Origin: Candidatus Bathyarchaeota archaeon
Lineage (GTDB): Archaea; Thermoproteota; Bathyarchaeia; Bathyarchaeales; Bathycorpusculaceae
DNA: 64,000 nt
Direction of reading: 5' to 3'
NCBI GenBank assembly: GCA_963707955.1
Contig: OY970176.1
Location: forward strand, 928,001-992,000
The translations under genes and the position numbers were made by a program. The notes beneath the pieces are model-generated. The model was not told the DNA's origin. It saw only the letters and a program-made list of their open reading frames with translations, and ran no database searches. This document shows, one piece after another, positions 10,175-19,674 of the stretch (its first letter is position 1; each line of letters opens with the position of its first letter).

Positions 10175-10870
10175 ATGGAAAATAACGGCGATTATGTTTT
10201 AAGGGTGTCAAATCTAGGCGTCAAGCTTCAGAATCAGACAATTTTGGACAATGTGAGTTTCAAGCTGAAGAGAGGAACTGCCCTGGCAGTTCTTGGCCCG
10301 AACGGTGCTGGAAAGACGATGCTTTTCAAGGCCCTATTGAAGCTGGTGCCATACACGGGGAAAATTGAATGGGCAGAAAAAACGAAGATAGGCTACGTTC
10401 CTCAGAACATTGCAGTCGCCGACATTCCCATCTCTGTGAAGGAGTTTTTATCATTCAAAAATCACGTGGACGTTGAAAGCTCGCTGGGCCCCGTAAGACT
10501 TAACAACAAGAACATGGCACACAAGACCCTGGGCTTTTTGTCCGGAGGAGAGCTTCGAAGAGTGCTCATTGCCTGGGCTTTGGCTGATAACCCAAACGTT
10601 CTGCTGTTTGATGAACCGACAAGCGGCGTCGACCTCGGCAGCGAGGAACCCATATTCGTGACGCTTAAGGAGCTGAAGGAGAAAAACAAGATAACTGTAC
10701 TTCTGATCACTCATGACGTGCATATTGTTAGGGAATACTCGGACTATTTACTGGCACTGGATAAGTGTGTCACCTTCTTTGGTAATTCAAAGGAAATAAT
10801 GAACCCGCCAATACAGAAAAGGATCTACGGCGAAACGGTGTGCGCTGGAATACCCAACGAAAAAACGTGA
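10175..10870 (+). CDS. Zn/Mn ABC transporter ATP-binding protein (ZnuC-like)
   Basis: Walker A GPNGAGKT, IGYVPQ, LSGGE, Walker B LLFDEP, ITHD. Confidence 0.9.
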   Translation: MENNGDYVLRVSNLGVKLQNQTILDNVSFKLKRGTALAVLGPNGAGKTMLFKALLKLVPYTGKIEWAEKTKIGYVPQNIAVADIPISVKEFLSFKNHVDVESSLGPVRLNNKNMAHKTLGFLSGGELRRVLIAWALADNPNVLLFDEPTSGVDLGSEEPIFVTLKELKEKNKITVLLITHDVHIVREYSDYLLALDKCVTFFGNSKEIMNPPIQKRIYGETVCAGIPNEKT

Positions 10871-10876
10871 TCCTCT

Positions 10877-11647
10877 ATGGCAGCATTGTTGCTCAGCCTC
10901 TTGATAGGGGTCTCAGTGGGCGTTTCAGCGGGCTATTTGGGCTCTCTCATGGTCCTCAAAAAGATGGCTCTCGTCGGCGATGCCCTTTCACACGTAGCCT
11001 TGCCGGGACTCGCGCTTGGAATCTTGTACAACTTCCCACCTTTTCTAGGAGCCTTTGCCTTCCTATTCGCTTCGGCCGTCATCATTTGGCATCTGGGAAG
11101 AGTCACCAAACTGCCTTTTGAAACGATCGTTGGCGCAATGTTCACTCTTGCCCTTGCAATCGGCATAATGATTATTCCAGGAGCTGACCTCCTTGAGGCA
11201 CTGTTTGGAGATATAACCACGGTAACGATCCTAGACACAGTAGCCGCATTAGTCGTCTCTGCGATAGCGGTGCTTTTGACGAAGATTATCTACAAAAAGC
11301 TCGTGCTGGGCATGATTTCAGAAGAACTGGCAATCTCAAAAGGCATCGACGTTAGCAGGACAAACTTTGTATATCTTCTGCTGACATCTCTTATCGTGGC
11401 TGTCGGCATCAAAATCACGGGAACGCTCCTGGTAGGTTTCCTAGTAGTGGTCCCGGCGGCAGCAGCAAAGAACGTGAGCGCTGACCTGTCCAAGTATGCG
11501 GTGTTGAGCGCAGCTTTCGGGACAATCAGCGCTTGCTCCGGAGTTCTGTTCTCAAGCTACTTGAACTTGCCAACCGGACCGTTGGTGGTCTTTTCTGGAA
11601 TCGTTGTTTTCTTTGGAACTGTATTAGTAAAGTGGAAAGCAAAATAG
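10877..11647 (+). CDS. Zn/Mn ABC transporter permease (ZnuB-like)
   Basis: GDALSHVALPG and LFGDI motifs of ABC-3 permeases. Confidence 0.9.
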   Translation: MAALLLSLLIGVSVGVSAGYLGSLMVLKKMALVGDALSHVALPGLALGILYNFPPFLGAFAFLFASAVIIWHLGRVTKLPFETIVGAMFTLALAIGIMIIPGADLLEALFGDITTVTILDTVAALVVSAIAVLLTKIIYKKLVLGMISEELAISKGIDVSRTNFVYLLLTSLIVAVGIKITGTLLVGFLVVVPAAAAKNVSADLSKYAVLSAAFGTISACSGVLFSSYLNLPTGPLVVFSGIVVFFGTVLVKWKAK

Positions 11648-11732
11648 GGCGAAACAAGCGCAAGAGAAAGAGGAAGTAGAGCTAGTGCAACTGCAAGATG
11701 GATTAGGGCAAGGAACAAGAACTTATCGCTTG

Positions 11733-12656
11733 ATGGAACCAGTCACGATTCATGAGTTCAAGGCCTTTGCTGCACGGAAAAGAGTTGTGACGATAGAAAA
11801 CCAACAAGTGGACATTGGAAATAAATGGAAGATCTCTGAGTTTGGTCCGCCGAAAGAATATGTTCCTGAAGTTCATACGGTTTGGAGTTTTCCGAACAGA
11901 GGAGACTGGGCTACACACTTGGGCAATTACCGAGGCAACTGGTCACCCTACATTCCGAGGAATCTGATACTCAAGTACACGAATACAGATGACTTGGTTC
12001 TGGACCAGATGATGGGTTCCGGGACAACTCTTGTAGAATGTAAATTGCTAGGCAGAAACGCCGTTGGAGTTGACATAAACAGAGACGCCATTATGGTTGC
12101 CCTTGATAGACTGAATTTCTCCTATAACCCGCTGGACTCAGACTATCCTGAAGACCTCAAAATCAGAACGTATGTTGGGGATGCGCGGAACCTAAATCTT
12201 ATCGAAGACGATTCGATAGACCTCATTGCCACTCATCCGCCATATACGGGAATAATCGCTTATACGAACGGTAGAGTTGAAGGTGACCTTTCGAGTCAAA
12301 AACTCGGAGGTTATCTGAAAGAAATGCGGGTTGTCGCAGAGGAAGCCTTCAGAGTTTTGAAGCACAAAAAGTGCTGTGCCGTATTGATAGGTGACACGCG
12401 GAAGCATCTTCACTACGTTCCTGTATCTGCCAGAGTTTTGGAAGTGTTCTTAGACGCAGGTTTCGTGTTGAAAGAAGACATCATAAAACTTCAATGGAAG
12501 ACGAAGACGACAAGAGAGAAGTGGAGAGGCAAAAAGTACGAGTTCTACAAGATAGCTCACGAACACCTCTATATCTTTAGGAAGCCTGCTGAAGGAGAAA
12601 AACTGTCACCGTTAAAGTACAGCAAGAGATGGCACGAGGAGTCGCTCGAAAATTAA
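11733..12656 (+). CDS. orphan amino-methyltransferase (N4-C/N6-A DNA methylase-like)
   Basis: SAM-binding DQMMGSGTT precedes catalytic ATHPPY; YRGNWSPYIPRNLI; no neighbouring endonuclease. Confidence 0.75.
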   Translation: MEPVTIHEFKAFAARKRVVTIENQQVDIGNKWKISEFGPPKEYVPEVHTVWSFPNRGDWATHLGNYRGNWSPYIPRNLILKYTNTDDLVLDQMMGSGTTLVECKLLGRNAVGVDINRDAIMVALDRLNFSYNPLDSDYPEDLKIRTYVGDARNLNLIEDDSIDLIATHPPYTGIIAYTNGRVEGDLSSQKLGGYLKEMRVVAEEAFRVLKHKKCCAVLIGDTRKHLHYVPVSARVLEVFLDAGFVLKEDIIKLQWKTKTTREKWRGKKYEFYKIAHEHLYIFRKPAEGEKLSPLKYSKRWHEESLEN

Positions 12657-12699
12657 CTGGCACGCATAAAACCCAAGGCCATTTCATGCAAGATCGATG

Positions 12700-13584
12700 T
12701 TAACGCATTTCCTTTGTGAGGCCAGTCCTGCTTACGTGTCCTTTTTCACCCAGGTAATCGGCAAGGGCTTCTTTCCATTCTCTCGTTTGTATGCCATGTT
12801 TTGAAAGCCTCGTGCTTTTTAGAGCTGAAAAGCTGGGTCTGCGAGCCTTTGTTTGCTGCTGACTTGTCCTTATCGGCTTCAGCGTTGGGTTTAACCCTGC
12901 AAGTCTAAATATTTCCTGGGTGAACTGGAACCATGTGCACTGGCCTTGGTTTGAAGCGTGGTAGATTCCGAAGGGTAGCCGTTTTTCTATGATTTCTTGT
13001 ATTACTCCTGATGCGTCTTTCGTGTATGTGGGGGTCATCCACATGTCGTTCACTACGCTTAGAGGCTCGTTTTTCTTTGCTTTTGTCATCATTGTTTCAA
13101 CGAAGTTTCCTCCCTTGCCGCTTGCTCCTGCGACGCCGAAGAGGCTTGAGAGTCTTACGATGTAGTGCTTGGGGTTTTGTTTTGTGAAGAGTTCGCCTGC
13201 CAGTTTTGAGATTCCGTAGGTGTTGATTGGGTTTGGAGTGTCGTCTTCCGTGTACGGTTTCTTTTTGGAGCCGTCGAAGACATAGTCTGTGCTTATGAAC
13301 GTAGCTGTGGCCTCGATTTCTTTGGACACCGTGGCTATGTTTCTGGCGCCTACGGCGTTTACGGAGAACGCTTTCAGCGGCTCGTATTCGCATTGGTCTG
13401 TTTGGTGGAATGCAGCGGTGTTTATTATGATGTTTGGGCAGTCTTTTTTCAGAATTAGGCAGCTGTTGTAGTCTGTGACTTCTAAGTCCTGATGGGTTAG
13501 GCCTATGACTTCGTGTTTGCCACGCAGCGCTTTCACAAGGTCTGTGCCGAGCTGGCCAGTTGAGCCTATGATCGTGATCTTCAT
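12700..13584 (-). CDS. rfbD: dTDP-4-dehydrorhamnose reductase
   Basis: MKITIIGSTGQLG, ISTDYVFDG, YGISK; ATG at 13584 overlaps the upstream stop. Confidence 0.92.
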   Translation of the reverse strand: MKITIIGSTGQLGTDLVKALRGKHEVIGLTHQDLEVTDYNSCLILKKDCPNIIINTAAFHQTDQCEYEPLKAFSVNAVGARNIATVSKEIEATATFISTDYVFDGSKKKPYTEDDTPNPINTYGISKLAGELFTKQNPKHYIVRLSSLFGVAGASGKGGNFVETMMTKAKKNEPLSVVNDMWMTPTYTKDASGVIQEIIEKRLPFGIYHASNQGQCTWFQFTQEIFRLAGLNPTLKPIRTSQQQTKARRPSFSALKSTRLSKHGIQTREWKEALADYLGEKGHVSRTGLTKEMR

Positions 13585-14597
13585 AGTACTGCCCCTTTGA
13601 CCTCGATGTCTTTGAGGAAAGCTTGCATTTCCAGAAGGTTGCGGTACCATTTGACGGTTATCGTTTTCGGGTCGTCAGGGTTAAGTTTTCCTTCCTTGAG
13701 GGCATCGTACACTTCTTTTGCCCCTTCTTTCGGCGAATAATCCGTTCTGTAGTTGAGTGCCCTCTTGATCTTGTCGAAGCTCACCTTGTAGCTTCTCTTG
13801 TCAGGTGTGCCGTACCATTCATAGTTAAACGGCAGTTTGATGGCTTCTGCCACCAAGTTGGCGAGGTCAAAGACCTGCACGTTCTGCTCGTCGCTGCCGA
13901 CGTTGAAGATTTGGCCGTTGACAAATTCCGGGTCCGATTCCAGCACTCTGATAAACGCGTTCGACGTGTCTTTCACGTGCACAAAGGGACGCCACTGCTT
14001 TCCGTCTCTCATGATGGGTATTTTACCGTTCTTGAAGAAGCCCAGAACCATGCCGTTTATCGCCAGGTCAAACCTCATTCTTGGAGAAAACCCGTAGACG
14101 GTGGCTTGTCTGAGTGCCGTCACAGTGAAGGACTTGTTGGCCAAGGGCAGAATGTCTTTTTCAGCCAGCATGTTGGCCTTCGCGTAAGTTGTTAAGGGGT
14201 TCAGGCCTGACTGTTCCGTCAGAGTTCCTTCCTGGAAACCGTAGACGCTGCAAGTGCTGGCCAGAACGTATTTTCCTACGCCGTGTTTCTTAGACAGAGC
14301 GGCTACTCTCACTCTTCCTTTGTGGTTTATTTCGAGTGTTTTCTGCGGGTCAAGTTCGCCGCTCGGGTCGTTTGAAAGCGATGCCAAGTCGAGGACGGCG
14401 TCTACTCCATTCAGTATTTCTGGCTTGAACCATCTGATATCGCCCTTGATCAAAGTGATTTTATCTTTTACGTCTTTTACGGGGTCGGTTCCAAAGAACA
14501 GCCTGTCGAGGCATGTTACGTCGTGGCCTCTTTCCAAGATTGTTCTCGTGAGGACGGAGCCAATGTACCCTGCACCGCCTGTGACTAACACTCTCAT
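13581..14597 (-). CDS. NAD-dependent nucleotide-sugar epimerase/dehydratase
   Basis: VTGGAGYIG, STCSVYG, RFDLAIN, WRPFVHVKD. Confidence 0.88.
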   Translation of the reverse strand: MRVLVTGGAGYIGSVLTRTILERGHDVTCLDRLFFGTDPVKDVKDKITLIKGDIRWFKPEILNGVDAVLDLASLSNDPSGELDPQKTLEINHKGRVRVAALSKKHGVGKYVLASTCSVYGFQEGTLTEQSGLNPLTTYAKANMLAEKDILPLANKSFTVTALRQATVYGFSPRMRFDLAINGMVLGFFKNGKIPIMRDGKQWRPFVHVKDTSNAFIRVLESDPEFVNGQIFNVGSDEQNVQVFDLANLVAEAIKLPFNYEWYGTPDKRSYKVSFDKIKRALNYRTDYSPKEGAKEVYDALKEGKLNPDDPKTITVKWYRNLLEMQAFLKDIEVKGAVL

Positions 14598-14610
14598 TAC
14601 TCTGGCCCTC

Positions 14611-15126
14611 TCACTTGTGCGGAGGACTGAACCAGTCCCACGGTTTGCCCACGCGAGGGTCGTCTTTCTTGCCGTTTATCTCCGTCGGAACTATTTTCTG
14701 GTCGTTCCAAGCCCTGCGGATTTCGTCTGGATTCTTGTAGTCGTAGAGCCTTGTCACGAAGTAAACCGTCAATGATGGTTCGTTGCTGACGGTTTTTGTC
14801 CCGTGCAGGTACTTGCCCGGTATTCTCACAATCGTCGGCTTTTCGCCGCTGGTTATGACTTCTGCCAGTTTTCCCGTCTCTTCTTCATAGGCGCAGATCT
14901 TCATTGCCCCTTTCAGCACGAGAAAGTAGTCCACTTGCCCTCTCACGTGTTTGTGCCATGCTCTGACGATGTTTGGGTAGCTGCTGCTTACGTTCACCTG
15001 TGTTACCCATTCGTCTTCAAACATTTCTTTCCAATCTTGTCTCAGCGCCTCGGCGAAAAAGCCTCTTTCGTCTGGCAGGATGTTTATCTCGCTGGTTTTC
15101 ACTCCTTTCAACGGGTACTCTTTCAT
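14611..15126 (-). CDS. rfbC: dTDP-4-dehydrorhamnose 3,5-epimerase family (cupin)
   Basis: DERGFFAE, VRAWHKH..Q.DYF, HG motifs. Confidence 0.88.
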   Translation of the reverse strand: MKEYPLKGVKTSEINILPDERGFFAEALRQDWKEMFEDEWVTQVNVSSSYPNIVRAWHKHVRGQVDYFLVLKGAMKICAYEEETGKLAEVITSGEKPTIVRIPGKYLHGTKTVSNEPSLTVYFVTRLYDYKNPDEIRRAWNDQKIVPTEINGKKDDPRVGKPWDWFSPPHK

Positions 15127-16193
15127 ATTTCCACCTCTGAATAGTCCCCAACGTGAAGTTTTATCGCTTTGGTCTTTCTGTTTTTACATACCACTGCGTT
15201 TTTGCCTATGAGGCTTTCCTCGAGTCTGTCAACGTCCTGAACCAGAGCGTTTTCTAGGATTACAGAGTATTCCACGTTGGAGCTGATGATTCGTGAGTTG
15301 TCTCCAACACTCGTGTACGGTCCTATGAAGGAGTTCTCTACCACCGTGTTCTTGCCTATAGTGCATGGGCCTCTAACCGTGCTGTTCGTTATCTTCGCTC
15401 CATCGTCTACCCTGACTCTTCCTTCGACGGTGCTGTTTTCGACTTTTCCCTTGACGCTTCTCTTTATGTACTCGTCCAATATTTTCGCGTTGGCCGAGAG
15501 TATGTCGTCTTTCTTGCCTGTGTCTATCCACCACGTCTTGAGTACTCCAGCTTTGACCTTGAAACCCATGCTTATCATTTCTTGCAACGCGTCAGTTATT
15601 TCCAGTTCACCCCTCCATGAGGGCTTGATCCTTTCTATGGCCTGGTGGATCCTGTTGGAGAGTATATAGGTGCCGACTATTGCGAGGTTGCTCGAGGGTT
15701 CCTTAGGCTTTTCTATGAGCTGCTTTATGTTGCCTTCTCCGTCCAAAACGGCTACTCCGTATTTCGTTGGGTCTTCCACTTCTTTCAAAAGGATAAGCCC
15801 GTCGAGCTTTTCTCGTTGAAACCTCTTGACGAGGTTAACTATTCCTAACCCTTGAAGGTTGTCCCCCAAGCACATGGCGAGGCTGTCTTCTTTCAGGAAG
15901 CCCTTAGCGGTCTTGACTGCGTGTGCCAGGCCCAACGGTTCTTGAGTGATGTAAGTGACGTTGAAACCCCATTCCGCGCCATCCTTAACGTATTCCTTGA
16001 CGTAGCTTCCAGTCTCTGGCGCGATCACCAGACCAACATCGGTTATGCCCGTTTCAGCGACTTGGTCGAGAACGTAGCCGAGAATAGGCCTGTTTGCGAC
16101 GGGGATCAGCTGCTTGGCCAGGGTGAACGTTAAGGGCCTGAGCCTAGTGCCCTTTCCCCCGCTTAGAACCAACGCCTTCAAGTGTTTCGCCAC
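15123..16193 (-). CDS. rfbA: glucose-1-phosphate thymidylyltransferase, long form
   Basis: LSGGKGTRLRPLT, KQLIPVAN, EKPK, RGELEITDA, WIDTG, C-terminal hexapeptide repeats. Confidence 0.92.
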   Translation of the reverse strand: MAKHLKALVLSGGKGTRLRPLTFTLAKQLIPVANRPILGYVLDQVAETGITDVGLVIAPETGSYVKEYVKDGAEWGFNVTYITQEPLGLAHAVKTAKGFLKEDSLAMCLGDNLQGLGIVNLVKRFQREKLDGLILLKEVEDPTKYGVAVLDGEGNIKQLIEKPKEPSSNLAIVGTYILSNRIHQAIERIKPSWRGELEITDALQEMISMGFKVKAGVLKTWWIDTGKKDDILSANAKILDEYIKRSVKGKVENSTVEGRVRVDDGAKITNSTVRGPCTIGKNTVVENSFIGPYTSVGDNSRIISSNVEYSVILENALVQDVDRLEESLIGKNAVVCKNRKTKAIKLHVGDYSEVEI

Positions 16194-16598
16194 TTTATCG
16201 CGTAGAGTGTCAATGGTGACTTAAGTATTTCCTCACAGTAATAAAGCACCGCGCTGATCGCTTAAGAAATAACGGACGGCCTGGACCCATACGCAAAGGG
16301 CTCGAGCCCATTTCTAGAAAAAGTGCAGTGCGGGGGGTAGGTAGCGCCGTCACCCGAGTTTACCGACAATATGTGTTTAGAACGTTCTTTGTTGGGCTAC
16401 AAATTTCCTTTTGCCACTTTGAATCTACGGTAGGGTGAGGTCAAGATTCTTATCTTTGTGCGCGCGGTTTATTAGGAGCCTTAGAGCCTTACTTGACAAT
16501 TCAAACGATGGAGGCCGCATAAGGTTGAAAATGTTTGGCTGTGAGCCAATCAATGGCTGCTGCAGGCGTTCTCCATTTAACCACATGATAAAAGAGAA

Positions 16599-17555
16599 TT
16601 GGTTACTTTGACAGATCCCATTATCGAGGCTGTGAATCTCTCCAAAAGCTACGGCTCGTTTGCTGCCGTGTCGAACCTAAACTTGAAGATTGAAGGGTCA
16701 AAGTGCGTTGGATTCTTAGGCCCGAACGGTGCAGGAAAGACAACTACTCTCAAAATGTTTACTGATCTGATCAGGCCGTCCGCTGGAGAGGCTCTTATAA
16801 ACGGTGTAAACGTGCACACTCAAAAGAAAAAAGCACTTGCTTCCGTGAGTGCTCTGATTGAAACTCCCGAAATCTACCCATCGCTAACGCCCAGAGAAGC
16901 ACTCATGATGATAGCCGAGATAAGAGGAGTGCCAAGCACAGAGCGGAGCAAGAGAATAGAGGAAACCGTTTCAGAAGTTCGCATGGAGGAATGGATTGAT
17001 AAGAGGGTTGGCAAGTTCTCCAAAGGAATGAAACAGAGAATATGCATAGCCTCTGCGCTTCTGAGCGATCCAACCATACTTCTCCTGGACGAGCCCACCA
17101 ACGGGCTTGACCCAAGAGGAATGAGCGAAGTCAGAGGCATCGTAAAATCCCTTAAGAGCAAGGAGAGACTGATTTTCATGAGCTCCCACATTCTCAGTGA
17201 GGTTTCAGAAGTCTGCGACGAAGTCGCGATGATCGACCATGGAAAACTAATCGTCTACAACACGATATCCAACGTGACAGCCAAGTTCATAGGAGGAGAA
17301 AACATCGTGGAGGTTGAGCTGCAACGTCCAATCGATTCCGAGCAGACAATCAAGAAAATAGCGGCCATTCCAAGCATAATCACGGCGGAGAAAAAAGACG
17401 ACAGAAACTTGACAATCAGGTTCAGCGGAGGCCTGGACGCGCAAGAAAAGATCCTCTCTTACCTGGTGAAAATGAACATTGGAGTAATCAGTTACAGACC
17501 AGCGTCATCAGGACTCGAAGACGCATACCTCAAACTTATCAGCAGCACGTTGTGA
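16599..17555 (+). CDS. ABC-2 type transporter ATP-binding protein
   Basis: GPNGAGKTT, FSKGMKQR, LLLDEP, SSH. Confidence 0.92.
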   Translation: MVTLTDPIIEAVNLSKSYGSFAAVSNLNLKIEGSKCVGFLGPNGAGKTTTLKMFTDLIRPSAGEALINGVNVHTQKKKALASVSALIETPEIYPSLTPREALMMIAEIRGVPSTERSKRIEETVSEVRMEEWIDKRVGKFSKGMKQRICIASALLSDPTILLLDEPTNGLDPRGMSEVRGIVKSLKSKERLIFMSSHILSEVSEVCDEVAMIDHGKLIVYNTISNVTAKFIGGENIVEVELQRPIDSEQTIKKIAAIPSIITAEKKDDRNLTIRFSGGLDAQEKILSYLVKMNIGVISYRPASSGLEDAYLKLISSTL

Positions 17556-17561
17556 TCAAAC

Positions 17562-18416
17562 ATGAACGAAACAGAAACAATATCTGAGAACAAAGTGCCG
17601 AGCAGCCTCACACAAGTCGGCATCACGATGAAATACACGCTCCTCGACTACTTCAGATCCCGCAGATTCTTCATACTCCTAGCCATAACCCTCGCAATAA
17701 GCGCCCTACTCACCTTCATAGTCGGATACTACCGTCCCGCGACTTTTCTCGATTCCAACCTGTCGTTCTACTCTGGCTGGTGGGGCGGCAGCGTCACCTT
17801 CGTGATCATACTTGGAGGGATATTCTTCGGCGGAGACGCCATCAGTGGCGAATTCCAAAACAAAACGGGCTACTTCGGAGTTCCAAACCCAATCCGAAGA
17901 TCGAGCATATACATTGGCAAGTGGCTATCCGCCTTCATTGCAGCCACAATAATCTTCGCCATCTTTGCAACCATCACCGTTGGCAACGGGTTATACTACT
18001 TCGGCGCTAACGTCCCCATCCAATTCGGTCAATCACTGCTCTACGCTTGGTTTTACCTAGCCGCAGTAATGGGCTTCACTTTCTTCTTCAGTTCACTGTT
18101 CAAGAGCAGCAGCATGTCTATCCTCCTGACCGCAATCCTTTTCCTCTTCGTCTTCTCACTAATAGAACTGCTCGTTTCAACCCTCGTCAATGTTGAACCC
18201 TGGTTCATCCTAACCTACGGGGCCGGAATAATCGGAAACATACTAAACCCCCTAGGGTACCCGGGCCACGTCACACATAACCCTGTAGGCCGGGGAAGAC
18301 TGACAATAACCTCCTACAATGCCTATGTCCCCGAAGGCCTAGCAATAATAGGACTGTACTTCATCATAACCGCGATATTGGGATTGGTCCTCTTCGAGAG
18401 GAAAGAGTTTACCTAG
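17562..18416 (+). CDS. ABC-2 type transporter permease
   Basis: Six TM segments; AISGEFQNKT...PIRRSSIYIGK motif. Confidence 0.88.
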   Translation: MNETETISENKVPSSLTQVGITMKYTLLDYFRSRRFFILLAITLAISALLTFIVGYYRPATFLDSNLSFYSGWWGGSVTFVIILGGIFFGGDAISGEFQNKTGYFGVPNPIRRSSIYIGKWLSAFIAATIIFAIFATITVGNGLYYFGANVPIQFGQSLLYAWFYLAAVMGFTFFFSSLFKSSSMSILLTAILFLFVFSLIELLVSTLVNVEPWFILTYGAGIIGNILNPLGYPGHVTHNPVGRGRLTITSYNAYVPEGLAIIGLYFIITAILGLVLFERKEFT

Positions 18417-18473
18417 ACGAGAATTGACGGTGAATGACAGAGAGTAAGGAAAGAAAGAAATGCAGAGAAGGAG

Positions 18474-18812
18474 GTGGAACAACTGACTTTTGTAAAAGTT
18501 GCTGAAACCTCGGAGATACCCTCGGGGCAAATGAAAGCTGTTAGGTTTGAAGAAAAAGAGATTCTGATTGCCAACGTAAGCGGCTCGTATTATGCCATGG
18601 GTAATAGGTGCACTCACGCTGGCGGAGACCTTTCGAAGGGAAAGTTGGATGGCACAACCGTAACCTGTCCCAAACACGGCAGCAAATTTGACATCACAAC
18701 GGGCAAGGTTGTTTCTGGTCCAAAAGTTCTCTTCATGCACCCAAAAATCAATGACGAGACCGCTTATGAACTGAAAGTTGAAGGAAAAGACATCATGCTC
18801 AAAAGCGAATAG
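18474..18812 (+). CDS. Rieske [2Fe-2S] ferredoxin
   Basis: CTH...CPKH Rieske ligands. Confidence 0.9.
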   Translation: MEQLTFVKVAETSEIPSGQMKAVRFEEKEILIANVSGSYYAMGNRCTHAGGDLSKGKLDGTTVTCPKHGSKFDITTGKVVSGPKVLFMHPKINDETAYELKVEGKDIMLKSE

Positions 18813-18913
18813 TCTCATTGAAGACATAATTTGACGGAACACCTGTTCACGCGCGCGAAAGAGACTCATAGGTTTCTCCGATATCTGGTATTGGTCTTTA
18901 CGGACTCATAACC

Positions 18914-19069
18914 AAACGGGTTCAACTCCAATCTTATCCACGCACTGGCTCTGTTGTCGTTGCTCTCGTTTTTCATTTCAAACAGAACGACATGCAACCC
19001 TTTGGTTGCGTCTTATAGGGTTTTTTCATGAAAACCCATTGGGTTCGGGGGTTGACAGGACTTCCGTTT
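18914..19069 (+). ncRNA. candidate structured RNA (multibranch)
   Basis: Outer stems AAACGGG/TCCGTTT and TCAACTCC/GGGGTTGA enclosing three inner helices; located between convergent genes. Confidence 0.3.
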
Positions 19070-19094
19070 CGAGATGGCGCGCGCCGGTTCCATT

Positions 19095-19653
19095 TTACAG
19101 AATTTCATTTGCTGCGTCTTTGTAGACTTTGAAATCATGCTCCGTGAACAAGGCGAAGGTTATTTCGCGCAATGTGCTCTCCCTTTCAAGAAATTGCTTC
19201 ACCGTCGTTAGAGCTATTCGGCTTGCCTTTTCAACAGGGTATCCGTACGCTCCTGTGCTTATTGAGGGAAACGCCAGTGTTTTCAGCTTCTTGGAAGCAG
19301 ACCAGCTCCAGCGAGTTCTCGTAGGCATCAGCCAGAAGACCTGGTTCACCGTGCGACCCTCCATGCCAAATGGGCCCGACCGTGTGGATCACGTACTTAG
19401 CTTTTAGGTTTCCTCCGGACGTGATAACTGCCTTTCCAGTTGGAAGATCGTTCGGCCACTCTGAAGCTCTTATGCGTTTGCACTCCTCGAGTATTGCGGG
19501 TCCACCTCTTCGGTGTATGGCGCCGTCGACGCCTCCGCCTCCCATGAGAGTTGGGTTTGCCGCGTTTATTATTGCATCAGCGTCAACATCGGTTATGTCT
19601 CCCTGAACGAGGCGGATTTTCCCATTTGTGACGTTGAATTCTGCAGCAATCAT
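19095..19653 (-). CDS. macro-domain O-acetyl-ADP-ribose deacetylase (apparent 1-nt insertion at 19301)
   Basis: [26 protein letters not shown] in one frame; [13 protein letters not shown] in the next. Confidence 0.88.
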
Positions 19654-19674
19654 CTTCTTTTCGTCACTGACATT

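Noticed and set aside
10175-11647. Missing substrate-binding protein as a sign of a novel transporter
   Set aside because: ZnuA-type genes are often encoded elsewhere; this cannot be judged from one window.
13585-13650. N-terminal extensions in the ORF track (rfbD, ku, RsmB/NOP2, NIP7, arsM)
   Set aside because: They overlap neighbouring genes or precede a clear RBS; downstream starts fit family lengths and translational coupling.
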